From assembly GCA_964641395.1 (NCBI GenBank), contig CAZXKQ010000007.1, forward strand, positions 7,815-71,814: a stretch of 64,000 bases of DNA, written 5' to 3'. Positions 27,450-35,388 of this stretch are shown here, piece by piece. The DNA is from an uncultured Phascolarctobacterium sp. Lineage in GTDB: Bacteria > Bacillota > Negativicutes > Acidaminococcales > Acidaminococcaceae. The translations under genes were made by a program, and so were the position numbers. The stretch's first letter is position 1. Each line of letters opens with the position of its first letter. The notes beneath the pieces were generated by a model that was not told the origin of the DNA, did no database searches, and saw nothing but the letters and a program-made list of their open reading frames with translations.

Positions 27450-28531
27450 ACTGGGTCCGCCTTGCTGTTTTGTTGGTAATCCAGTTGGGCCTGCACCAAG
27501 TCGTCGAAGAACTTGGTCTTAGAAGGCTGGTCTAGCACATAGCCTGGCTGCTCCCGGCCGCTGGCTATGTAGTCGGGCCGCAGTTCCAGGATGGTCCGGG
27601 GAGCCTTCAATACTACGTCAGGGGCTATCTTCACCACCCTGCCCTTGATCCGCAGGATGGTGCGGGCTACCCGGCCCAGGGTGGTCTGGGAGGCCAGCTT
27701 GCTGGCCTTCACGATCACCTCGAACTCCGGATAGGTCCGCTCCCTTCGGTAGGTGATGATGGAGCCGGAGCGGTTGCAGACATGGCCGCTGCTGCTGACG
27801 GGGAAGCTGTCCCCCATAGGCAGGCCGCCTACCACCAGCTCGTAGAGCCCCTTGTTCCCCGGCAGGGGCAGCAGCTCCACGTCCTCCCGCAGAGGCACCC
27901 CGTCCAGGGCCAGCCAGCCGAACTCCTGGCAGCCGTACAGGTCGTGGACCTCTGCCTGCAGCACCTTCTGGGCGATGGGCAGCAGCTCTAGGTCCAGGGG
28001 AGTGCCGGCAGTGAGGAGGATGAGGCCCTGGGGCAGCTCGCCGGCCACCCCCATGTGCACCGCGTCCTCCAGGGCCGCCCGCAGGAAGGAGCTCTCCCCT
28101 ACCACCACCCGGGGCTGCTGTTCGTAGAGGGCGGCCAAGAAGGCGTCCCGGCTGGAGCGGATCAAGAAGGACCACTCCAAGCCGTAGGCCCGCAGGGCCT
28201 CCCCGGCGAAAACGTTCACCAAGGGGGGGTAGGTCACCACCAGCCTGTCCCCCGGCCTCACCCCAGCCCGCCGCAGGGCCTCCTGGGAGGCTGCCAGCCG
28301 GGCCGGCAGCTCCGCATGGGTGATGCCTACGATGTTCTGGAAGGCCGAGGAACCGGTAGTGAAGGTGAGATAGCTTAGGTTGAGGGGGGTATGGACTTCC
28401 TCAATAACGTGAGCCGCCGTAGGGCCGGCTATGCCCTTGTCCGCCAAGGAGCGGCGGGGCATTTCCCCCATGGTGGGGGCAGAGCCGAAGTCTTTGACTA
28501 ATGCGCTTATTTCTTGCAGGATGCTGGCCAT
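27431..28531 (-). CDS. madH: Adenylate-forming ligase, probably the MadH-type acetate--[ACP-SH] ligase
   Basis: 366 aa. LTFTTGSSAFQNIV is a degenerate AMP-binding T[ST]G[ST]TG motif. The position between madD and mdcG corresponds to madH of the Malonomonas cluster. Function is inferred from context. Confidence 0.6.
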   Translation of the reverse strand: MASILQEISALVKDFGSAPTMGEMPRRSLADKGIAGPTAAHVIEEVHTPLNLSYLTFTTGSSAFQNIVGITHAELPARLAASQEALRRAGVRPGDRLVVTYPPLVNVFAGEALRAYGLEWSFLIRSSRDAFLAALYEQQPRVVVGESSFLRAALEDAVHMGVAGELPQGLILLTAGTPLDLELLPIAQKVLQAEVHDLYGCQEFGWLALDGVPLREDVELLPLPGNKGLYELVVGGLPMGDSFPVSSSGHVCNRSGSIITYRRERTYPEFEVIVKASKLASQTTLGRVARTILRIKGRVVKIAPDVVLKAPRTILELRPDYIASGREQPGYVLDQPSKTKFFDDLVQAQLDYQQNSKADPVWTKRS

Positions 28532-28555
28532 ACTACCCCTGTTTCCTCCTTAAGC

Positions 28556-29446
28556 TTAAGCGTTGAGATACTTGTCAGCCACAGCGGCGAACTCTTCGTT
28601 CATCTTGGCGATGGCCTTCAGCCGCTGTACCCGGCCGCCCCGCTGGTCGCCTAAGAGGCCGCGGCCCCAGGGGCCTAGCTTCTCGTACTCGCCGGCGGCC
28701 TTCAGGGCTGCCACCTCTTTCACATGCTTGGCGATGACCGGCCGCATGTCTTCTACCTTCTCCACGATCTCCTGCACGCCGCCTAGGTTGTAGAAGAAGT
28801 CTACGCCGGGGGCGAAGACCGGGTTAACCTTGGACAGCTCTTCCAGGCGCTCGATGTCCATCTTGGTGATACGGGAGATGGAGGTGATAGGCATTACGTG
28901 GATCATGGTGCCGAAGTCCTTGGAGAGGGCCAGGATGTGGTCGGCCTGGAGGCCGTGGCACAGGAAGGCGCCGGAGATGGCACGGCCGATAACCATGGCG
29001 ATAACCGGATGGCCGGCCTTGCGGGCTTCAGCCAGGGCCAGCTGGTAGCCGCCGGTGGACTTGTTCATGCCGGCGATCTCTTCCATCTTGCCAGGGCCGT
29101 TGCCTGGGGTGTCGACGATGAGGATCAGGGGCCGTTTCTCTGCCAGGGGCTTGTCAGCATCGGCTTCCATGCTGCGATAAACAGCGGTAGCCATCTTGTA
29201 GCCCTCTTCCAGGCCGATTACGCCGCCGAAAACTACTGGGAAGCGCTCGTTGAAGGCGTACGCGTCGTTGGCGATAACGGTGCAGGTGGTGCCCTCTAAC
29301 TTAGCGGTACCTACTACGCTGCCAGGACCGTACTCAGGATCGAAGTCTGCATCGCCTACTTTGTTCTCTACGAAAGTGCCCTCGTCCACAATCATCTCGA
29401 TTGCGTCACGACCGCGGCCTATCATAGTGTTGTCCATTTCATCCAT
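28556..29446 (-). CDS. madD: Malonate decarboxylase carboxyltransferase subunit (MadD / MdcE-like)
   Basis: 296 aa. Crotonase-superfamily carboxyltransferase alpha-type fold (PLILIVDTPGNGPG, VIGRAISGAF). Confidence 0.85.
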   Translation of the reverse strand: MDEMDNTMIGRGRDAIEMIVDEGTFVENKVGDADFDPEYGPGSVVGTAKLEGTTCTVIANDAYAFNERFPVVFGGVIGLEEGYKMATAVYRSMEADADKPLAEKRPLILIVDTPGNGPGKMEEIAGMNKSTGGYQLALAEARKAGHPVIAMVIGRAISGAFLCHGLQADHILALSKDFGTMIHVMPITSISRITKMDIERLEELSKVNPVFAPGVDFFYNLGGVQEIVEKVEDMRPVIAKHVKEVAALKAAGEYEKLGPWGRGLLGDQRGGRVQRLKAIAKMNEEFAAVADKYLNA

Positions 29447-29464
29447 CTTCGTTACCTCCTCGCT

Positions 29465-30424
29465 TTAGGGGCGTACCCTGCGTTTAACGACTTTCAGGAA
29501 TTCCTCGGTAGTCAGTTCGGGGAGTTCAGCCGGGTTCTCGTTGCCGTAGTACTTCCACAGGTCCATGGAATCCTTGGGCTGCATATCGCCTACCAGCTTA
29601 ACCAGGCCTTGCTGCTCCTGCACTAGCTTCAGGGAGCCGATGCGGCGCATAGCTTCGATCTCTTCCATGCTCTTGCCGGCTACGTCGGCCAGGGCGGCGT
29701 GGAAGGCGCCGATCTGATCCTCTACCAGGTAGTTGCAGTCGCCGATGATGTATTTGTGCTTGGCGCCGGTGGTGCGGTATACCAGGGCCTTGTTGGAAGC
29801 GTCGAACTCTTCCTTGCCCATCTCCTGCTCGATAACCTCAGGACCGGTGAGGCCGATACGGCCCTCCTCGTTCATGATGATTACGTCAGTGGCGGCGGCT
29901 ACGAAGCCCATGCCGCCGAAGCAGCCCACCTTGGAGCCTACTACGGACACTACAGGGAGTTTCTTGCGGCAGTCTTGGAAGGCGTCCATAACCTCTGCAT
30001 GGGCCAGCAGGCCGGCATTGGCCTCGTGGAGGCGTACGCCGCCGGTCTCGAAGGAGATGACCACCATGGGACGGCGCTCTGCGTAATCCTCGGGATGGGC
30101 GGCCTTGATCTCCTCAGCAGCCTTCAGGGCCAGGCGGATGGAGCCTACCATCTTGGCGCCGTTCACCTCGCCGATGGCGCCGCCGATGAACTTGCCTTCC
30201 ATGGAGATTACGAAGACAGGGTGCTTGCCGATGAGGCCGACGCCGGTAACGGTGCCGTCATCGAACTCTACAGCGGTGCCCAGTACTGGCAGATGGGGGC
30301 TCATGAAGCGGTCTAGGGGCCCTAACAGTTCGGTAAAGCTACCCTTATCCACCATGCCGATGGCCCGTTCCCGAGCATTGGCATCAAAGAAACTGCTGGT
30401 CTCTAACTCATTCCAGGATTTCAT
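29465..30424 (-). CDS. madC: Malonate decarboxylase carboxyltransferase subunit (MadC / MdcD-like)
   Basis: 319 aa. Carboxyltransferase beta-type fold (GGAIGEVNGAKM, ETGGVRLHEANAGL). Confidence 0.85.
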   Translation of the reverse strand: MKSWNELETSSFFDANARERAIGMVDKGSFTELLGPLDRFMSPHLPVLGTAVEFDDGTVTGVGLIGKHPVFVISMEGKFIGGAIGEVNGAKMVGSIRLALKAAEEIKAAHPEDYAERRPMVVISFETGGVRLHEANAGLLAHAEVMDAFQDCRKKLPVVSVVGSKVGCFGGMGFVAAATDVIIMNEEGRIGLTGPEVIEQEMGKEEFDASNKALVYRTTGAKHKYIIGDCNYLVEDQIGAFHAALADVAGKSMEEIEAMRRIGSLKLVQEQQGLVKLVGDMQPKDSMDLWKYYGNENPAELPELTTEEFLKVVKRRVRP

Positions 30425-30426
30425 TC

Positions 30427-30753
30427 TTACTCAGCCTCCTCTTGTTGTGCTTCTGCCAGGGCCTGACGCAAGCGCATGTACACTACGATGGGGGTGGCGT
30501 TGTCATCGTTGATCTCGATGCTGATGTTGCCTACGCCGGTATCGTTGACGAATTTGGCCAGCATCCGCTCCCAAACTTGGTCGAAGCCTTTAACGGGGGT
30601 GATGACCTTGGCCTTCACGTCGCCGCCGAGGTCCTTCTTCTCCATCAATACTTCCAGGTCGCCGCTGCCGGTCACCCCTAGGTGGGACCAAGCCTTGGCA
30701 ATGCCTTGGGTAGCTTCGGATTTGAAAGAAAATTCTAAAGTTTGTAATGCCAC
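30427..30753 (-). CDS. madE: Malonate decarboxylase acyl carrier protein (delta subunit)
   Basis: 108 aa. HLGVTGSGDLEVLM contains the conserved Ser that carries the 2'-(5''-phosphoribosyl)-3'-dephospho-CoA group. GTG start after GAGGAGGAG. Confidence 0.88.
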   Translation of the reverse strand: MALQTLEFSFKSEATQGIAKAWSHLGVTGSGDLEVLMEKKDLGGDVKAKVITPVKGFDQVWERMLAKFVNDTGVGNISIEINDDNATPIVVYMRLRQALAEAQQEEAE

Positions 30754-30768
30754 TTTACTCTCCTCCTC

Positions 30769-32442
30769 TTACCAGTTCCTGAATTTAGCAGGCGGATTGT
30801 AAAGACCGCCAGACCATTCTACCAAGTCATGAACGTTCTTGGCTGCCAGCATGGACCGAGTGGCCTTGGTGATGTCGATGCCCAGGTCGGCCGGAGTCTT
30901 GATGATGCCGGCTTCCCGCAGGCGTTTGGTCTCCTTGGGATCGGCCTTCAGGCCTACTTCGGTGAAGCCTGCGATGCCCCGGATGGCGGCGGTGCGCTCG
31001 TCCATGGTGCGGCACTTGTGCAGGTAGGCAATGCCTTCCTCGGTGATGACGTGGGTCAGGTCGTCGCCGTAGATCATAACCGGCTCAATGGCCAGGTTGG
31101 CGTTCTTAGCCAGCTTGAAGGCGTCCAGCTCCTCTACGAAGCCAGGGGCCAGCTTCTCCCGGAAGGTCTCGGCCAGCTGTACTACCAGCCGTTTGCCCCG
31201 GTGTACAGGGCCCCACATCTGCTCCTTGATGCCGTACTCTTCGCCGCATTTCAGCCAGGCGTAGGAGGAATGACGACGGCCCTTAGGATCGCAGCCCATG
31301 TTGGGGGCGCCGCCGAAGCCTGCTACCCGGTTGGCGGTAGCGGTGGAGGAGTTGCCGTAGGGGTCGATCTGCAGGGTGCCGCCGATGAACATATCGATGG
31401 CATAGTGGCCTGCAGTCTGGGAGAAGGCCCGGTTGGAACGCATGGAGCCGTCAGGCCCTACGAAGAAGATGTCGCTGCGGGCGGCTACATAGTCTTCCAT
31501 GCCCAGCTCGCCGCCGAAGCAGTGAACCGACTCTACCCAGCCGGTCTCGATGGCGGGGATGAGGGAGGGATGGGGGTTGAGGATGAAGTTCTTGCAGATC
31601 TTCCCCTTCAGGCCCAGCTGCTCGCCGTAGGTGGGCAGCAGCAGCTCGATGGCGGCGGTATCGAAGCCGATGCCGTGGTTCATGGACTCTACCTGGTACT
31701 CCCCGTAGATGCCCTTGATGGCCATCATGCCCTTCAGTACCTGGGCGTCGGTGATGAGGGCCGGGTCGCGGGTGAAGAGGGGCTCGATATAGAAGGGTTT
31801 GGGAGACTGGATGACAAAGTCTACCCAGTCGGCAGGAATGTCCACCCGGGGCAGCTTGTCCACGATCTGGTTAACCTGCACTACTACGATGCCTTGGCGG
31901 AACTTGGTGGCTTCCACGATGGCAGGAGTATCCTCAGTGCTGAAGCCGGTGAAGAGGTTGCCGTCCCGGTCGGCCATGGTGGCGGCTACCAGGGCTACCT
32001 TAGGAGTCAGATCCAGGAAGTAACGGCCATACAGCTCTAGGTAGGTGTGGATGGCGCCTAGCTCTAGCTTGCCAGACTGGAGGAACTCGGCGATGCGGCC
32101 GGCCTGGGGGCCGGAGAAGGACATGTCCAGCTTCTTGGCGATGCCTTTTTCGAACACGTCCAGGTGCTCAGGCAGGGTCAGTACCGACTGAACCATGTGC
32201 AGATCATGCACCTTGCCCGGATCAACCTGGCACAGGCACTTGGCCAGGAAGTCGGCCTGCTTCTGGTTGTTGCCCTCGATGTTGACCTTGTCAAAAGGCT
32301 TGATCACGGTCTCCAGCAAGGCGACTGCGTCCTTGGCATCCACGATCTTGCCTTCCTTAACCAGCGGAGCTGCTGCGCTAAGGCGGGCCAGGGTGTCTTT
32401 CTTGCGAGTATCCCACTCACGAGTGACTTTTTGAAACTCCAT
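30769..32442 (-). CDS. madA: Malonate decarboxylase alpha subunit (acetyl-S-ACP:malonate ACP transferase)
   Basis: 557 aa; long collinear identity blocks with MdcA as I recall it (EGNNQKQADFL, IGAIHTY.ELY, FYIEPLFTRDP, LNPHPSLIPAIE.GWVESVHCFG, AGFGGAPNMG). Confidence 0.93.
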   Translation of the reverse strand: MEFQKVTREWDTRKKDTLARLSAAAPLVKEGKIVDAKDAVALLETVIKPFDKVNIEGNNQKQADFLAKCLCQVDPGKVHDLHMVQSVLTLPEHLDVFEKGIAKKLDMSFSGPQAGRIAEFLQSGKLELGAIHTYLELYGRYFLDLTPKVALVAATMADRDGNLFTGFSTEDTPAIVEATKFRQGIVVVQVNQIVDKLPRVDIPADWVDFVIQSPKPFYIEPLFTRDPALITDAQVLKGMMAIKGIYGEYQVESMNHGIGFDTAAIELLLPTYGEQLGLKGKICKNFILNPHPSLIPAIETGWVESVHCFGGELGMEDYVAARSDIFFVGPDGSMRSNRAFSQTAGHYAIDMFIGGTLQIDPYGNSSTATANRVAGFGGAPNMGCDPKGRRHSSYAWLKCGEEYGIKEQMWGPVHRGKRLVVQLAETFREKLAPGFVEELDAFKLAKNANLAIEPVMIYGDDLTHVITEEGIAYLHKCRTMDERTAAIRGIAGFTEVGLKADPKETKRLREAGIIKTPADLGIDITKATRSMLAAKNVHDLVEWSGGLYNPPAKFRNW

Positions 32443-32489
32443 TACGGTCTCTCCTTTCTGAACTATAAAAACTCCTTAATCTAAGAACC

Positions 32490-32540
32490 GCAAAAAAGCA
32501 AAAGAGAGACCTAGGCGGGTGGTGCCGCTTATTCTCTCTC
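32490..32540 (-). terminator. Intrinsic terminator between the hutP-like gene and madA (T3)
   Basis: Minus strand GAGAGAGAATAAGCGG-caccac-CCGCCTAGGTCTCTC (outer AGAGAGA/TCTCTCT stem, inner GCGG/CCGC stem, internal loop), followed by TTTTGCTTTTTT. Confidence 0.5.
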
Positions 32541-32580
32541 ATATGCCACTATGAAGTTGTGGAATAGCTGCCTCTTGCGG

Positions 32581-33027
32581 TTAGATGTGCATAATACCCA
32601 GTCCCGCCCGCTCATGATTAGTCATGTAGTGGAGGGCGGATAGGCCGAACATGGCCACTGCCAGCCAGTGCTCGTCCCTGGCGATGACCACCTTCATGGC
32701 CAGGCTGCTGGTACGGCTGACGCTGATCAGTATGCCCTTCTTGGCCTCTTCGGTGGCGTGGACCAGGGCGTGGATCTCGTTGCTCTGCTTGGCGATGATG
32801 CCGCCGTTGAGGCCGGCGCCTACCACCGCCTTGATGACCTTTTCATCGAACTCGTTAAAGCTGTTCCTGGCACCGACTTCGGTAACCACCACCCTGTAAC
32901 CCAGCCGCACAGCCGCATCCTTCAGCCGCTGCTCGTCCAGCAGGGTCTTGCTCAAGGCGATGAGCATAGCTGCAGAGCCTACGCCTCTGATACTATTGGT
33001 GATAAAATCTGAGGTACTGGTACTCAT
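32581..33027 (-). CDS. HutP-family RNA-binding (antiterminator-type) protein
   Basis: 148 aa from ATG 33027 (GGAGGAG RBS; the track ORF carries a 67-codon false extension). Collinear with B. subtilis HutP: EIHALVHATEEA / ESHALYHATMEA, HWLAVAMFG / DWIAVSLYG, and C-terminus NHERAGLGIMHI / EHETFGVGINHI. Confidence 0.85.
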   Translation of the reverse strand: MSTSTSDFITNSIRGVGSAAMLIALSKTLLDEQRLKDAAVRLGYRVVVTEVGARNSFNEFDEKVIKAVVGAGLNGGIIAKQSNEIHALVHATEEAKKGILISVSRTSSLAMKVVIARDEHWLAVAMFGLSALHYMTNHERAGLGIMHI

Positions 33028-33122
33028 AGTAGCATGCTCCTCCCCGCCGTCAGGCGGCTGAATGTGAGGGCGGCGCTTGCTCAGAAGCCGGCCAGGCTCT
33101 AGGCCGGGCTGGCGCTTCTCAG

Positions 33123-33863
33123 TCAACGCAGCTTGATTTCGCCAAAGTTGAAGGTGCGCACAGGGCCTCCCTCCTCCTGGATCAGGATGGCCCCGGCAGG
33201 GTCGATGTCCAGGGCCCTGCCCCGGCACAGCTCCTCCTCATCATCCCAGACCCGGACGCTGCTCCCCAGGGTGCAGTTGAGCTGCCGCCACCGCTCCAGC
33301 ATGGGGGCCGCTCCCTGGGCCAGCCACTCCTCATAGAGGGGGGCGAAGCGCTGCAGGATGGCCTCCAGCACCTGCCGGGGAGCCAGCTTGATGCCGGTCT
33401 CCAGCAGCAGCGAGGTGGCGATGGCAGCCAGGTCCGAGGGAAGGTCCTGGGCTGCGAGGGCTACATTGACGCCGATGCCGATTACCACGTAGTCTATGCC
33501 CGTCTCGTCCAAGGCCAGCTCAGAGAGGATGCCGCACAGCTTCCGCCCCTGCCAGAGGAGGTCGTTGGGCCACTTGATCCGCACCTGGTCCGTGCCGTAG
33601 AGGCTGTTGAGGGCCTCTGCTACCGCAACGCCGGCCAGCAGGGTGAGCTGGGCGGCGCAGTCCGGATTGATAGCAGGGCGCAGGATCAGGGAGAAGTAGA
33701 GGCCGCCCTGGGGGGAGAAGAAGCTTCTGGCCAACCGCCCCTTGCCGCCGCTCTGCCGGGCAGCGACTATGACGGTGCCGTCGGCCGCCCCCTGGGAGGC
33801 GGCAGCCGCGGCAGTGCTATTAGTGGATGCTAGCAGGTCATAAAAGCGTAGTTGGAAATCCAT
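33123..33863 (-). CDS. birA: Biotin--protein ligase, class I (no N-terminal HTH domain)
   Basis: QSGGKGRLARSFFSPQGGLYFS (the GRGRxGR-type biotinyl-AMP loop) and KWPNDLL motifs. About 246 aa from ATG 33863; the track start at 33878 is a TTG. Confidence 0.85.
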   Translation of the reverse strand: MDFQLRFYDLLASTNSTAAAAASQGAADGTVIVAARQSGGKGRLARSFFSPQGGLYFSLILRPAINPDCAAQLTLLAGVAVAEALNSLYGTDQVRIKWPNDLLWQGRKLCGILSELALDETGIDYVVIGIGVNVALAAQDLPSDLAAIATSLLLETGIKLAPRQVLEAILQRFAPLYEEWLAQGAAPMLERWRQLNCTLGSSVRVWDDEEELCRGRALDIDPAGAILIQEEGGPVRTFNFGEIKLR

Positions 33864-33919
33864 GGCTCCACATGCCAAGGCCGCAGCCTAGGCTGCGGCA
33901 GAAAAACTGGGTACTGCCC

Positions 33920-35134
33920 CTATACTTTAACCATGCCGATGGTAGCGATGAAGACGCCGCAGGCGATGGCGGATACGATGACGCCGGCGATGTTAGCGCC
34001 CATGGCTACAGGCATTACTACGGCGAACATGTCTACATCCTCAGCAGCGTGCTGGGCGATCTTGGCGGTAGTAGGTACGCAGGATACGCCGGAAACGCCG
34101 ACTACAGGGTTGAATTCGCCCTTCTTGAACCAGTACACTACCCAGCCGCCCAAGATGCCTACGGCACCGGATACGGTCAAGGCCAGGACGCCGAGGACGA
34201 TTAGAGGAGCTACCTTAGGATTCAACAGGGTGGAGGCTTCGCAGAGGGTGCCCAGCAGGAGGCCCAGCATCAAGGTGCCGCTGTAGAGGAGGGCGCCTTC
34301 CAGCAGGTCCTGGTAGGGAACGATCTCGGCTTCTTTAATAGCCAAACCTAAGAAGAAGCTCATGATAAGGGGAGCAGCCATGGGCAGCAGCAGGCAGAGC
34401 AGGCCGCAGCAAACCAGGATGAAGATGAACTTCTTAGCTTTGGGCACTTCAGGAGCGTCGAAGAGGATGTCCTTGCCGCGATACTTCTCCGGTACCAGGG
34501 CCTTTAACAGCCAGGGATAGCCGGCGTAGGTAAGGGACAGGTAGAGGTAGGCGATGACGCTGATAGGCACGAAGAGGTGGGGTGCCAGCATCAAGGAGGT
34601 AAACAGAACCATGGGGCCGTCAGCGCCGCCGATGGAGGCTACGGCTGCTGCTTCATGGGGGGTCAGGCCTAGGTGAACGCCCAGCACCAGGGTAGCGAAG
34701 GTGCCGCACTCGGCGAAGATGGCGATGATGATACTAGTCCAAGGATTGGCCAGGATGAAGCCGATCTCGCACATAGCGCCTACGCCTAGGAAGACCATGC
34801 AGGCTACCAGGGAGTTAGAGAAGGTCAGGTTGTAGATGGGCTGCAAGAAGTTGACTTGCATAATGTCCACTAGTTCCTTAGGATCGCTGATCAGAGGATC
34901 CAGGAACAGGGTGCCTAGCTTGCCCCCCTCTAAGAAGAGGACGCCGCAGTTGATACAGATCATGCCTATGCCCATGGGCACCATGATCAAGGGCTCCAAC
35001 ACCCGCTTAAAGCCCAGGTAGGCCAGGACGAAGCCGAAGGCCACCAGGAAGATACGGGCGATGGCGATGGTGGGTTCTTGCACCAAGAGGGATGCAATAC
35101 CAGGGAATAACTCAGCTACAAAAGATGCATCCAT
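33920..35134 (-). CDS. madB: Na+-translocating carboxybiotin decarboxylase, beta (membrane) subunit (OadB/GcdB/MadB family)
   Basis: 404 aa polytopic protein; SIGGADGPMVLF and other OadB-family blocks. Confidence 0.92.
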   Translation of the reverse strand: MDASFVAELFPGIASLLVQEPTIAIARIFLVAFGFVLAYLGFKRVLEPLIMVPMGIGMICINCGVLFLEGGKLGTLFLDPLISDPKELVDIMQVNFLQPIYNLTFSNSLVACMVFLGVGAMCEIGFILANPWTSIIIAIFAECGTFATLVLGVHLGLTPHEAAAVASIGGADGPMVLFTSLMLAPHLFVPISVIAYLYLSLTYAGYPWLLKALVPEKYRGKDILFDAPEVPKAKKFIFILVCCGLLCLLLPMAAPLIMSFFLGLAIKEAEIVPYQDLLEGALLYSGTLMLGLLLGTLCEASTLLNPKVAPLIVLGVLALTVSGAVGILGGWVVYWFKKGEFNPVVGVSGVSCVPTTAKIAQHAAEDVDMFAVVMPVAMGANIAGVIVSAIACGVFIATIGMVKV

Positions 35135-35265
35135 TATTGCTCGCCTCCTTCACTACTCTTAGAGCCGCCCATGAGCTTGTTCAACAAGACGACGATGGCG
35201 ATCATGAAGAGGGCGATCGCCGCTGTGAACGCGTAAGAGAATAGTGCGTAAATCTCAACGCTCAT
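35134..35265 (-). CDS. Small single-TM protein, OadG-like (decarboxylase gamma subunit candidate)
   Basis: Not in the track (43 aa): MSVEIYALFSYAFTAAIALFMIAIVVLLNKLMGGSKSSEGGEQ. AAGGAG RBS. Its TAA overlaps the madB ATG (TAATG). Confidence 0.5.
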   Translation of the reverse strand: MSVEIYALFSYAFTAAIALFMIAIVVLLNKLMGGSKSSEGGEQ

Positions 35266-35348
35266 CACAAATTACTCCTTTCGACACTGAAGATTTACTG
35301 GAAAAGACCTGTATATTATTGCCGCCCCAGGTTTCCGGACACCAGGGG

Positions 35349-35388
35349 AAACAAAAATACCCTCTTCCGCACTGTACGGAAAAGGGTA
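35349..35388 (-). terminator. Intrinsic terminator T2 in the mad leader
   Basis: Minus strand TACCCTTTTCCG-tacagtg-CGGAAGAGGGTA (12 bp with one G-U), followed by TTTTTGTTT, 84 nt upstream of the oadG-like start. Confidence 0.6.

Noticed and set aside
32443-32580. Canonical B. subtilis-type HutP site (UAG-N4-UAG-N4-UAG) in the hutP-madA spacer or leader
   Set aside because: UAG/GAG triplets are present but not with 4-nt spacers. The HutP-binding proposal therefore rests on a non-canonical motif and is flagged as inference, not as a recognised site.
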